In this document: positions 9,440 through 19,034 of the stretch, piece by piece | How positions within the stretch are numbered: the stretch's first letter is position 1 | How the letters are laid out: each line of letters opens with the position of its first letter | Assembly (NCBI GenBank): GCA_027306505.1 | Contig: DAHUZP010000050.1 | Coordinates: 9,363-73,362, forward strand | Length of the DNA: 64,000 nt | Direction: 5' to 3' | Source of the DNA: Thermoplasmata archaeon | GTDB taxonomy: Archaea; Thermoplasmatota; Thermoplasmata; Lutacidiplasmatales; UBA184 | Made by a program: the position numbers and the translations under genes | Notes under the pieces: model-generated | What the model was told of the DNA's origin: nothing | What the model saw: the letters and a program-made list of their open reading frames with translations, nothing else | Databases searched by the model: none

Positions 9440-10993
9440 TCAGGCGTACCCCCAGGCCCGGAGGCGCTCCTCCACCCCCGGAGAGACCTTTGTCCGAGCG
9501 CTCGCCAGGAGCTTGCGCCCTACCGCTTCCAGGGTAGGGGCCAGGGCCACCACCGCCGGTGGTCGGACGGACCATCGGTCCTCCCGCTCTTCTAGGTCCT
9601 TGGAGAGGTCGAAGCATCGGAACCCGCCCCGGCTCGCATCGTGCACGACCTTCCAATCCCCGGTCCACCCTGAGACCAGCACCCGGTCCTGCTCCCTCAG
9701 CCGCTCCGGGTCGACATGGGTGTGAAGCTCGGAGACGACGAACCCGTCCGACATCGACAGGACGGCCGAGGGACGCTCCTGCTCGACGAGCTCATCGAGC
9801 GCGCACGCCGATGGGAGGGTGGGGAGTGGGACCTTGGCCACCCGCAGGGCCGTGGGGACGACATCGATGAGGCTCGCCCATCCCTTGGGCTTGCTCCCGG
9901 CACGCTCCGCCCGCGGCCAGCGGACCCAGAGCGGGATCCGGGTGATCGGTTCGTCCAGACGGAGCATGTGGAAGAGCGCGGCGTGCTCTCCAAAGGCCTG
10001 GCCGTGGTCGCTGGTCAGGACGACGAGGGTGTTCTCCCAGCGACCGAGGCGCTCGAGGACCTCGAGGATGTGGTCCACGCGCCGCTCCACCCGCCGGATC
10101 GAGGATCGGTAGAGCGAGTGCAGGACCTGACATTGAAGGGCATCCGGGGTCCATCGGCCGGATACCCAACCCAGCCGGTCCTGACGGGTATGTCGGTAGA
10201 TCCGCCCATCGTCGGCAGCCCCTTCGCTCGACGGCTCGGGCCCGCGCAAGTAGGGCTCGTGGGCCTCCAGGAGATTGACGAACCCAAAGAACGGGCGATC
10301 GCCATCCACCTCTCTCATCCACCGCTCGAAGCTCTCCTCGATCCAGGAGGAGATGACCGGCTCCCATGCTCGTCCGGGCGCGACGACCGCGTTCACGAGC
10401 CTTCCCGCCTTCTCCAAGAGCCAGGGTCGCTGAAGCAGGAACTGCGAGGAGTTCCTAGCGAGGCCCTTCCAGACCCCTGCGGGCGGGCGACCTCGGAGCT
10501 CCGGCCTCTCCACGCCTTGGACCCGCCAGCCCGGAGGATGACCGGAAGGGAGGCCCCGGAGGTAGCCCTCCCACCAACCGCCCCACGCCGCAGATTGGAA
10601 GGCGCGGGAGAGGCCGGAAGCGGGCCCGATGAGGGCGTTCGCGGAGAAGGAGGCCGTCGCATACCCCGCCTCACCGAGCATCGAGGCCAGGGTCGGGAGC
10701 TCGGGAGGAAGCACGAGCGAGGCCTTCCCGTGGGTCCCGTGCTCCCATGGATAGAGGCCCGTGAACAGGCTCGCGTGGGAGGGGAGGGTCCATGTGCAGG
10801 GGCTCACCGCCAGGGGGAACTCGACGGCCTCATGGCGCAGGCGTTCGAACGCCCTCAGGGGCGGGCCCGTGGTGAGACCCGAGGGGAAGTCGGAGGCTCG
10901 GACGCAGTCCATCACAATGACGAGGATGTTGGGACGCAGAGCGCTCGAATGAGAGGGGGGAGCGCGCTGCGGCGATGGAGCGATCTCGGGCAA
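9440..10993 (-). CDS. Sulfatase-like hydrolase/transferase (alkaline phosphatase superfamily)
   Basis: NILVIVMDCVRASDF metal-binding block; SPCTWTLPSHASLFTG in place of the canonical C-x-P-S-R-xxx-TG; TSDHGQAFGEH block. Confidence 0.8.
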   Translation of the reverse strand: MPEIAPSPQRAPPSHSSALRPNILVIVMDCVRASDFPSGLTTGPPLRAFERLRHEAVEFPLAVSPCTWTLPSHASLFTGLYPWEHGTHGKASLVLPPELPTLASMLGEAGYATASFSANALIGPASGLSRAFQSAAWGGWWEGYLRGLPSGHPPGWRVQGVERPELRGRPPAGVWKGLARNSSQFLLQRPWLLEKAGRLVNAVVAPGRAWEPVISSWIEESFERWMREVDGDRPFFGFVNLLEAHEPYLRGPEPSSEGAADDGRIYRHTRQDRLGWVSGRWTPDALQCQVLHSLYRSSIRRVERRVDHILEVLERLGRWENTLVVLTSDHGQAFGEHAALFHMLRLDEPITRIPLWVRWPRAERAGSKPKGWASLIDVVPTALRVAKVPLPTLPSACALDELVEQERPSAVLSMSDGFVVSELHTHVDPERLREQDRVLVSGWTGDWKVVHDASRGGFRCFDLSKDLEEREDRWSVRPPAVVALAPTLEAVGRKLLASARTKVSPGVEERLRAWGYA

Positions 10994-11003
10994 GCCTCGC
11001 TCG

Positions 11004-14000
11004 CTAGCTCCTGTCGGGGGCTGTGTGGTCCCCGCCCTCGGGGGACCTCGGTCGATGGCCCTCTTCGAGCTCCTCGATGCGGCGCTCGAGCGCGTGGACG
11101 AGCGTTCTCAATCGCTCCAACTCGTGCCTCGAGGCATGAGCACCGCCCTCCGTTCCCGGGCCGGGGACGAACTCCTTCCAGAACGGGAGGCGCCCCGAAC
11201 GCGACCTCGGCCGGAAGCAGGCGGGGTAGAGCTCGGGCGCGACGATCGCGAGGACGAGCAGGAGCGCCGCCGCGCCGGCGACCTCCCAGGTGAAGTTGTC
11301 GCCCACCGCACGGGCTTGGGCGAGCGGCGCTCCAAGGACCGGCTGGTAGGTCCCTCCGGTCGTGACCAGGGAGGAGCTTTCGAAGGGGACCCGTCCTGTC
11401 CATACCACGGTGAAGGAGTGCCAGCCGGGAAGCACCGGGAAGGCGTAGGGCCCCACCACGAGGTTCCCATCCAGGAAGACCTCGCTCCCGGAGGGGACCG
11501 CAAGAGACAGCTCGAGGGGAGGGGCGAGCGACCAGCCGCTGGTGGCCGCTCCACACGGGCTCGCGACCCACACCTCCCCTATGGCGGGGTCGAGGCTCGC
11601 CTCGCCCGGACAGCCTCCCGTGAAGACCACGCCCACCGTGTTACCGCTCTCTATGCCGTAGAGGTAGAGCCCCTCCCCGCCGAGCGAGACCGCCGCCACG
11701 TAGGGTCCGATCGGAAGGATGGTGTTGAGCTCGGAGGGAGTGTACACCTCTCGGGTGATGTTCCCCACGCTACGGTTGACCCAGACGAGAAGGCTGGGGT
11801 CCCAGGAGCTGGCCACGACCTCGTGGGGGCCGACGAGGAGACCGTTCGGCTCGATCCCCAGCGCGGCCCCTCCCAGCAGCGACCCGTTCAGCTCGCCATA
11901 GACCGTGTAGTCCATCGCCGTGGAGGATCCCACGAAGAGCTCCCCGTGGGTGGGATCGACCGCGAGGGCCGTCGGGTCCGTGATGTCGGTGAGGTTTCCG
12001 GAGAAGGCACCCGTGGTCGAGTTTAGAGCGACGACCTCGTTCGCACGAGGGAGCGCGACGAAGAGGCGATCGTGGGAGAGGTCCAGGCTCAAGGACCCGG
12101 GAGGGGCGGGCAAGGAGAGCACGGAGCCCAGGGCAGGGCTCCCCGTGCTCGGGAAGTGATAGCTATCGAGGAAGTCGGTGGTGCACCCCACCCAAAGGAC
12201 GCTGGAGGCGTTGTCGAAGGCAAGCCCTGAGGTGCCTGGACAGCCGTTGGGCAGAGGGACCTCCCAGGTGGGCCCTCCCGTCTCCCCCACCCGGAGGAAC
12301 CCTTCCTGCAGGTCTCCCGTGATGACGCTGCCGTTCGAGGGCCCGACCACGACGGCGGAGGTCCTCCCACCGGACGGGAGCGTCCCCACCTCGCTGCCGC
12401 CGGAAACGTTGGCGGGACCCAGAGCGAGCAGGGTGACGGAACCCACCTCCAGTCCGTTCCCGAACGCGAGGACGGGATGGTAGTGGTTCATGACGTACCA
12501 AGCCACGAGGGGGTGCATGGATTCGAGGGCACGGGTCCTGGGACCCTCGACCACGTAGGGAACGGCGGTCCGGTTCCAGCGGTCGAGGACCTGTGAGAGG
12601 CTGGGTGCGAGGTGGAACGGGTCGCTCGGATAGATGGTCGCGTTGTTGGGCGCGCTCCCGTAGACGTAGTCGTCCCAGAGGAAGGAGAGGTTGAGCAGGT
12701 CGATCCGGTCGGCCGCCGCGACGAACGTGTCGTCAGCGGAGAAGAGCGTGCTGCCCGGGGCCGTGTGGGCGTCGAGATAGGAGCTCACCTGGGAGACCAA
12801 CGCTGGAGCGTAGGTACGCTGGAACGAGTTCACCTGGGAGAGCCCTTCGGAGACCGGCCGGTTGTAAGGGTTGGACGGGCCGAGCACTGCGACCGCGCTG
12901 AAGAGTGATGAGGCGACCAACACCACGCTGAGGAGGATCGGGAACCACTCCAGCCAGGCCCCGTGCAGCCAGCTCCACGGGGACCGGGAGGGCGAGGGTC
13001 GGCCCTTGCTGAGGGGTTGCCGACCCGCCCTCGCTTCGTGGTAGGCCGAGACCCGGTCCGCCCACCACACTCCGGTGAGGAGGCTGAGCGGCAGGGCGAC
13101 CGTCACGAAGTAGCTCGTGAAGAACTCCGGGTAGACGAAGGTGTAGAACCCCAGGAGGGCGAGGCCCCACAGCAGCATCAACGCGAGGAAGCTCCTCGGT
13201 ATCGAAGGCCCCGGAAGGGCAGTTCCGAGGAGGTCCCCCGTGCCCACGAGCCAGAACAAGGCCGCTAGGACAGGGACCGCGAGGAGCGCCGGGAAGAGGT
13301 ACTCGCCCTGCCCGAAGGAGGTCCAAGCCGGGCCTACGTCGGCGAGATAGGCCAGACCTATCGATCCCAACCCCAGCACCAGGAGGGGCACGTAGGTCCC
13401 GCCCTTCGCGCGCAGGCTCCCCGCCCACGCAAAGAGTACAGGGACCACCACGATGGGCTGGTAGACGAGGAGGTACCAGAGGACCCCCACGTGGTAGGGC
13501 AAGGGGACGGTGCTCGCCGTGTAAGCGGCGCCCAGTCCGTACTCGTCCCACATCCATGCGAGGGAGGTGGCCGAGGCGAACGCGGCGAGCACGGTCCCGA
13601 AGGTGAGGAGAAAGCCTAGGACGACGAGGAGGCCCGACCGACCCTGGAACGGACGTCCGTAGGGAAGTCGCAGCACCCAGACCGCGAGGAAGATCGGGAG
13701 GAGCAGGATCGCGTCACGGCGGAAGAGCTCCGCGACCCCGAGCAGGAACCCGATGGCGATGGGGACATGGCTTGCCCGTGTCAAGGGGCCGGGACGGAGC
13801 GTGAGGTAGGCGGCCCAAGCGAGGGGTAGCAAGAGGGCGGGCTCGGGGGTGACGACGGTGAACGAGTAGACGTCGAACGGGTTGAAGAGGAAGATCGCGC
13901 ACGCGGCGAGCCCCGCGCCCTTCGAGTGGACGTTCCGTCCGATGAGGTAGATCGGGATGGCGGCGAGAAGGACCAGCAGCACGACCTGGAGCCGAGCGAC

Positions 14001-14396
14001 GAGGAGGCTCGGACCGAAGAGGGAGACGCCGATCGCGAGATAGTAGAAGAGGCCGGGCTCTCTTCCCGCGAACGTGACGAACGGCACGCCTCCATGCGCG
14101 ATGATCCGGGCCGCCTCCAGGGCGACCCCCTCGTCCATGTCGACCCACTGGACCGACGCGACCCAGGTGTAGACGGCCGCCGCCGAGGTGAGCATCGCCC
14201 CGAGCGGCCAGAGCTCCAGGAGCCATGACCGAAGCCGCGAGGAGCGCCCGCAGCCCTCAGGGTCGGACCTGCGGCGAGCCCGCTGGGTCCCCTCAGCTGA
14301 GGACGAAACGAGCGGCGCTTTCGCGGAGGGAGCTTCTCCCGAAGCGGAGGGGTCGGAAGGGCGGTTGTCCGCGTCGAAACCCCCAGCCCTTTCCAT
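11004..14396 (-). CDS. GT-C (PMT_2/ArnT-like) membrane glycosyltransferase fused to YVTN-type beta-propeller, PEGA-like domain and C-terminal TM anchor
   Basis: N-terminal polytopic region with WVDMDEG first-loop acidic motif and GGVPFVTFAGREPGLFYYL block. C-terminal repeats such as LSLDLSHDRLFVALPRANEVVALNSTTG and ALAVDPTHGELFVGSS. A PEGA-like segment (SEVFLDGNLVVGPYAFPVLPGWHSFTVVW), a terminal TM helix and a coiled-coil tail. ATG at 14396. Confidence 0.75.
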   Translation of the reverse strand: MERAGGFDADNRPSDPSASGEAPSAKAPLVSSSAEGTQRARRRSDPEGCGRSSRLRSWLLELWPLGAMLTSAAAVYTWVASVQWVDMDEGVALEAARIIAHGGVPFVTFAGREPGLFYYLAIGVSLFGPSLLVARLQVVLLVLLAAIPIYLIGRNVHSKGAGLAACAIFLFNPFDVYSFTVVTPEPALLLPLAWAAYLTLRPGPLTRASHVPIAIGFLLGVAELFRRDAILLLPIFLAVWVLRLPYGRPFQGRSGLLVVLGFLLTFGTVLAAFASATSLAWMWDEYGLGAAYTASTVPLPYHVGVLWYLLVYQPIVVVPVLFAWAGSLRAKGGTYVPLLVLGLGSIGLAYLADVGPAWTSFGQGEYLFPALLAVPVLAALFWLVGTGDLLGTALPGPSIPRSFLALMLLWGLALLGFYTFVYPEFFTSYFVTVALPLSLLTGVWWADRVSAYHEARAGRQPLSKGRPSPSRSPWSWLHGAWLEWFPILLSVVLVASSLFSAVAVLGPSNPYNRPVSEGLSQVNSFQRTYAPALVSQVSSYLDAHTAPGSTLFSADDTFVAAADRIDLLNLSFLWDDYVYGSAPNNATIYPSDPFHLAPSLSQVLDRWNRTAVPYVVEGPRTRALESMHPLVAWYVMNHYHPVLAFGNGLEVGSVTLLALGPANVSGGSEVGTLPSGGRTSAVVVGPSNGSVITGDLQEGFLRVGETGGPTWEVPLPNGCPGTSGLAFDNASSVLWVGCTTDFLDSYHFPSTGSPALGSVLSLPAPPGSLSLDLSHDRLFVALPRANEVVALNSTTGAFSGNLTDITDPTALAVDPTHGELFVGSSTAMDYTVYGELNGSLLGGAALGIEPNGLLVGPHEVVASSWDPSLLVWVNRSVGNITREVYTPSELNTILPIGPYVAAVSLGGEGLYLYGIESGNTVGVVFTGGCPGEASLDPAIGEVWVASPCGAATSGWSLAPPLELSLAVPSGSEVFLDGNLVVGPYAFPVLPGWHSFTVVWTGRVPFESSSLVTTGGTYQPVLGAPLAQARAVGDNFTWEVAGAAALLLVLAIVAPELYPACFRPRSRSGRLPFWKEFVPGPGTEGGAHASRHELERLRTLVHALERRIEELEEGHRPRSPEGGDHTAPDRS

Positions 14397-14483
14397 GTGG
14401 CTCTGACGTCCGGCTCTGGGGATGTGGGTTGAGGTATATCCCCTCTTGAGGGTTCAGGACCGATCCAAGAGGCGAGCGCGTTC

Positions 14484-17400
14484 TTGGTCGAAGACCCGTC
14501 GAGCCATGGCTCCCCCCTCACCGGAGGGAGAGCGAACCCCGAGGGGCACGGGGTCGGCCGTAGGCTCGGAGGACTGTCGACCAAGGTCGTCCTGACCCTT
14601 CAGAGGGTGCCCTATGTCGTCTCGTTGCTCTTGGTCCTCGGCGCTGGAGCTTGTGTCCAGGTCCTCGTCAGCGTGGGACAGTGGGTCCAGCTCGATGAAG
14701 GGAACAGCATCGAGGCCGCCCTCAGCATCGTCTCGGGCGGGGTGCCGATGGTCACCTACGCCGCCCGGGAACCCGGCACGTTCTACCTGCTGGCCCCGGT
14801 GGTCGCCGTCGTTGGCGGCAGCGTCCTCGCGGCGAGGCTCGAGATCGTCGCCTTCAATCTTCTCACCGCGACCGTCCTTGCCCTCTTGGTCCGGAGGTTG
14901 GCCCCGAGCGAGGGTGAGCGAGCCGGGCTCGTGGTCGCGGCGCTCTATCTCCTGCTCCCGTTCGCGGTGCGGAACGAGACCCTGGTCACCTTGGAACCGG
15001 TCTCCGCCTTCTTCCTCTCCGTGGGTACCTTCTTCCTGTTCCGGGACCGGTGGAGGCTCTGGGTCGGGAACCTGCCGGTCGCGGGCCTCTCGGTCGCGCT
15101 CGCCTTCCTCGCGCGGCGCGACGCGGCGATCGTGGGGTTGGCCTTCCTCCTGTACGTCCTGTGGACCGAGACTACGTGGAACCAGCGGTGGCGCGGTACG
15201 TTCCGATTGCTCCTGCCACCGGTCCTCCTCGTCGGTTCCTATCTAGTGGTCCTGGCCGCTCTGACAACTCCGCAGTGGGTCCTGGTCGAGTTCGGGACCG
15301 GGGACCTCGCCTACGGCCAGCAGGTCTTCCCCTGGTGGGAGAAGGCCGCGTCCCTCGGCTTCCTCATCGTCGTGGCGGCGCCAGTGGCGTTGACGGCATG
15401 GCTCGTGCCCTCACGTCTCTGGCGCTCGCCGCAGCCGTCCAAGGCCACCCTCCTGTTGGCCACGGGGGCTCTTGCGGTCGTCGAGGGCCTGTTGGTCACC
15501 TTCCTCGCCGTCACGAGCGCACTGAGCAAGCTCCCCTTTCCCAGCGTGGTTGGGGCCGTGACCCTCGCCTTTGTCGTTCTCCTCCTCGCGTTGGGGTGGG
15601 GCTTGCTCGAGGGCCACCGCCCGTACCCCCTACCTGTCGCGCCCGCGGCGGTCATGGCCCTCTGGGGGGCCCTCTTCCTGTTCGCCGATTTCGTCGCGCG
15701 CCCGGTCTTTGACACGATCTACTTCGGCGATGCGACCGCCCCGCTCGCAGTCCTTAGCGGCTGCTGGCTCGCGAGCCTTCAGCCGCCGCCAGGGCTCCAT
15801 CGAGGGTCGGAGGAAGATTGGTCCCGCGCTTCGCCTTCGGGGGCGTCCCGCCCCATGGGCGTCCGCCGTTTCGAACGGTGGCTTTCGACGGGACTTCGTC
15901 GCGGAGTCCCAGCGCTCGTGCTGGTCTCGCTCCTTCTCCTCAGCGCGATCTCGGCGACCCAGGTCTACGGACCCACCGGTCGGGTCGCCACCCTCGCTCC
16001 GATGAGCCCCACCGCGTCCGCCCAAGGCTACCCCCTCCCGGAGGTGCAGAAGGTCGCGAACCTCCTCCTGAGGTCGGGGGCGGCCCACGCGGCGAGCTTC
16101 AGCTTCGATCCGGTCTTCCAGGCCCAGGCGGGCCTCCGGAACACCCCGGACCTCTCCGTGGTTCTGGACGCCTACGGTCAGCATGGGTACGCTGCGAACG
16201 AGAGCCCGTACCCGTACGACCCGAAGGGGCTCGTTCCCTCGCCCGACCAGCTGCTATCCATATGGAACGACACATCGCTATCGTTCGTGGTGGAAGGGGA
16301 CCGGACCCAGGGGGTCGAGAACTCCTACCCGATCTTCGGTTGGTACTTCCATCAGTTCTTCCACCCCATCGGCACCTTCGGTGACCCCGACTCGCTCGAC
16401 CTGGTCAACGTCCTCGAACGAGGTGGGCCGCCTGCGGAGAACGCAACGTTGGTCCAGAACGTCTCTGCCCCCGGGACTCCCTCCGACGCCGTCCAGGACC
16501 CGGGCTCGGGCGACGTCTTCGTCTCGAGCTGGAGTTCCTCCACCGTGCAGATCATCCATCCCGACGGCACCACCAGCGCCGTCTCCATCGCGCCGTTCAC
16601 CGGCGCCGGGGCCCTGAGCATCGTTGAGGGGGAGCTCTGGGTCACGAGCAGCGTCACGCCCTTCGCTCGGCTCTACGGCCTCCCGGGCCTCAGCCCGCTC
16701 CAGACCCTTTGGCTCCCCGGAGTGGCCACCTCGGTCGCCTCGGACCCGTCCTCTGGCCTGGTATGGGTCGGTTCCGGGGCCCCTGCATGGGTCACCACCT
16801 ATGATCAGGACCCGACGAACGGCTCGTGGGTCGTGGCATGGGGCACGGGGATCGATGGCGCTCCCTCCGGGATAGCCGTCGATCCCTCCCTCGCGAGGGT
16901 GTTCGTGGCGGTCTCCTCACCAAGGGAGCTCGAGGTCCTCAGCGAGCCCACGGGAGCGCTCCTGTCGAGGGTCCCTCTCCCATTCCCTCCCTCCGGCGTC
17001 CTCGCCAGCTCCGGGCTCGTCTACGTGGACTGGTGGGCGGGGAGCGTCCAGGTGCTCGACGGTCGGACCGGGTCCCTGGTCTCGACGCTGAAGGTGGGTG
17101 CCGAGGACTACGAGATCTCGCTCGTGGACAACGGCAGCGTGCTGGCCGCCCTTTCGGCGCAAGCGGGCCGCCTGAGCCTGTTCGACGCCTCTTCGCTCCT
17201 CCCGCTCGGCACGGTCACCCTGGGAGGGTGCTCGAACGCCTTCACCCTCTCCGACCCTTTGACCTGGGTGGTCACCGCGAACTTCTGCTCCAACGTCGCT
17301 CTCCGCTTCGCGCTCCCTCCACCGACGTGGGTCACGTTCACGTCGTCAGAAGGAGCGAACCTTACCATCGGCCAGCAGGTGGTGCCTCAGGACCGGTCGG

Positions 17401-17726
17401 TCCCCCTCTGGCCCCAGGTGCTCTCGCTGAGCGCGACCGCCCCTGGCTTCGCACCTGGAGCGCTGGAATGGACGACCCCCTCGGTCCCTGGTGGTTCGGT
17501 CCACCTCTTCGTTCCACTGGGACCCTCCATCTCTTCCCTCGCGAACGTGGAGCAGCGATTCCAAGGCATGGTCGTGATCGCGTCCCTCGTCGCAGGCGTA
17601 GGAGCCCTTGCCCTTCTGCTTCCCACCGACCAGCCACCGTCGCCACCCCTACGACCGCGAAGACCTGCTCCGAAAGGGAGAGCGCGGGCCTGGGTCGCTC
17701 CGGGTCCCCCTGACGGCGGTCCATGA
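14484..17726 (+). CDS. Paralogue of the 11004-14396 gene: GT-C-like membrane domain fused to beta-propeller and C-terminal TM anchor
   Basis: WVQLDEG and GGVPMVTYAAREPGTFYLL align with the paralogue. Further colinear blocks include VVEGDRTQGVENSYPIFGWYFHQFFHP vs VVEGPRTRALESMHPLVAWYVMNHYHP. Propeller-type repeats include GIAVDPSLARVFVAVSSPRELEVL. A terminal TM helix is followed by a Pro-rich tail. The start is uncertain (TTG at 14484). Confidence 0.75.
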   Translation: MVEDPSSHGSPLTGGRANPEGHGVGRRLGGLSTKVVLTLQRVPYVVSLLLVLGAGACVQVLVSVGQWVQLDEGNSIEAALSIVSGGVPMVTYAAREPGTFYLLAPVVAVVGGSVLAARLEIVAFNLLTATVLALLVRRLAPSEGERAGLVVAALYLLLPFAVRNETLVTLEPVSAFFLSVGTFFLFRDRWRLWVGNLPVAGLSVALAFLARRDAAIVGLAFLLYVLWTETTWNQRWRGTFRLLLPPVLLVGSYLVVLAALTTPQWVLVEFGTGDLAYGQQVFPWWEKAASLGFLIVVAAPVALTAWLVPSRLWRSPQPSKATLLLATGALAVVEGLLVTFLAVTSALSKLPFPSVVGAVTLAFVVLLLALGWGLLEGHRPYPLPVAPAAVMALWGALFLFADFVARPVFDTIYFGDATAPLAVLSGCWLASLQPPPGLHRGSEEDWSRASPSGASRPMGVRRFERWLSTGLRRGVPALVLVSLLLLSAISATQVYGPTGRVATLAPMSPTASAQGYPLPEVQKVANLLLRSGAAHAASFSFDPVFQAQAGLRNTPDLSVVLDAYGQHGYAANESPYPYDPKGLVPSPDQLLSIWNDTSLSFVVEGDRTQGVENSYPIFGWYFHQFFHPIGTFGDPDSLDLVNVLERGGPPAENATLVQNVSAPGTPSDAVQDPGSGDVFVSSWSSSTVQIIHPDGTTSAVSIAPFTGAGALSIVEGELWVTSSVTPFARLYGLPGLSPLQTLWLPGVATSVASDPSSGLVWVGSGAPAWVTTYDQDPTNGSWVVAWGTGIDGAPSGIAVDPSLARVFVAVSSPRELEVLSEPTGALLSRVPLPFPPSGVLASSGLVYVDWWAGSVQVLDGRTGSLVSTLKVGAEDYEISLVDNGSVLAALSAQAGRLSLFDASSLLPLGTVTLGGCSNAFTLSDPLTWVVTANFCSNVALRFALPPPTWVTFTSSEGANLTIGQQVVPQDRSVPLWPQVLSLSATAPGFAPGALEWTTPSVPGGSVHLFVPLGPSISSLANVEQRFQGMVVIASLVAGVGALALLLPTDQPPSPPLRPRRPAPKGRARAWVAPGPPDGGP

Positions 17727-18985
17727 GCGGCACCAAGCGACCCTCGAGCGCAGGCGAGGTCTTGATGGTCGCTCCGACCCCGTTCTACACCGAGGGCGGC
17801 TGCAGCGCCAGGATCCTGGGTGAGCTCGAAGGCCTGCGGGGGTTGGGGGTCGAGCCGCGTATCTTCGCTTATCGCAGCGGGAGGGACCCTCCGGGTTGGA
17901 GCGTGGAGAGACCCCATGGCGCCGTGAGGGACATGGGGGTAGGCTTCCAGTCGGACCGCCCCAGGAGGGACCTCGAGCTGTTGAGGAGCGTGCTCCTCGA
18001 TCGACCCGACCCCGCCGTGGTGCATGCCCACTTGCACGAGGGGGGCGCCATCGGAGCATCCCTGCTCAAGTTGCGAGGGGTCCCGTTCGTCCTGGACCTT
18101 CAGGGGTCGATGAGCGAGGAGGTGGCCCGCGCTCTCCCCGCCGCACGCACGGGGTGGACCCACCGAACGCTCTCCCGCGTCGAGAGGCTCGTCGAACGAC
18201 ATGCGGCCCAGATCGTCGTGAGCTCACCGGGCCTCCTCACCTACCTTCGGCAGGATCGGACGGTGGACCCTGCGCGGGTGCACCTGCTAGAGGACGGAGT
18301 GAACCCGGCGCTCTTCCCGGGCACCGATGTTGCACGGACGGCCGTGCGCACAGCGTGGCGTAGGGCGCAGGGCGTATCGGAGGAGGAGGTGGTGGTGGGC
18401 TACGTTGGGGTCTTCGCCCCGAGCCAGGGCATCGACGGTCTGCTCCGTCAGGCCCCTCGGATGTTGGAGCGAGCTCCACGTTTGCGGTTCTTCTTGTTCG
18501 GGACCGGGACCGGTGGGAGCTCCATCGAGGACTATCGGAGGAGGTCGACTCGACCGGAGATGAAGGGCCGTGTCTCGATCCCCGGTCCCTTGCCCTTCCC
18601 TGAGGTCCCCGGCTTCCTCTCCTCCTGCGACATCGGGGTCACCTGGAAGCTCCTGCCGACCGAAGGCAACGGCAAGGTCCCGCTCTACATGGCCGCGGGC
18701 CTCCCCACCGTAGCGATGGCGGGGCCGGTCTCCGAGGGATACCTGGGGCCCCGCGGGGAGAACGGCGGGCGCCTCGCCGGGACGGAGGAGGAGGCGGCCG
18801 AGGCGGTCATCGACCTGGCCCACGACCCTACGCTGCGGACCCGCTTGGGACGGAAGGCCCGTGACACGGCCGTTCGCAAGCTCGACTGGAGAGCTGTCGC
18901 CCGCCGGCTCATGGAGGTCTACGCCCTCGCCACGGACGGAAGGTTCGTCCTCGGGACGGAAGGACGACCTCCTCCTTCGACGTGA
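17723..18985 (+). CDS. Glycosyltransferase family 4 (GT-B, group 1)
   Basis: Its ATG overlaps the stop of the upstream gene (ATGA at 17723-17726). GT4-like N-terminus MVAPTPFYTEGGCSARI. C-terminal donor-binding-like region containing EGNGKVPLYMAAGLPTV. Confidence 0.8.
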   Translation: MSGTKRPSSAGEVLMVAPTPFYTEGGCSARILGELEGLRGLGVEPRIFAYRSGRDPPGWSVERPHGAVRDMGVGFQSDRPRRDLELLRSVLLDRPDPAVVHAHLHEGGAIGASLLKLRGVPFVLDLQGSMSEEVARALPAARTGWTHRTLSRVERLVERHAAQIVVSSPGLLTYLRQDRTVDPARVHLLEDGVNPALFPGTDVARTAVRTAWRRAQGVSEEEVVVGYVGVFAPSQGIDGLLRQAPRMLERAPRLRFFLFGTGTGGSSIEDYRRRSTRPEMKGRVSIPGPLPFPEVPGFLSSCDIGVTWKLLPTEGNGKVPLYMAAGLPTVAMAGPVSEGYLGPRGENGGRLAGTEEEAAEAVIDLAHDPTLRTRLGRKARDTAVRKLDWRAVARRLMEVYALATDGRFVLGTEGRPPPST

Positions 18986-19034
18986 GCTTTCCGACGTGGG
19001 TCCGGGCAGTCTTTTCCTCCCCCCCGCGTGCCCG

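Noticed and set aside
8994-9668. Longer versions of several track ORFs: 8994-9668, 36182-37270, 18861-19892, 49287-50225, 59868-60608, 22009-23943 and 51996-54320.
   Set aside because: The N-terminal extensions overlap the preceding gene and are low-complexity. Each has an internal ATG or GTG with an SD-like motif or a 4-nt overlap that matches homologue N-termini. The coordinates were trimmed accordingly.
14397-14483. A single TATAT element (14435-14439) acting as a shared bidirectional promoter for the two GT-C paralogues.
   Set aside because: The spacing fits the plus-strand gene only loosely and the minus-strand ATG is 41 nt away. Both start codons are uncertain. It is mentioned within the paralogue finding but not listed as a feature.
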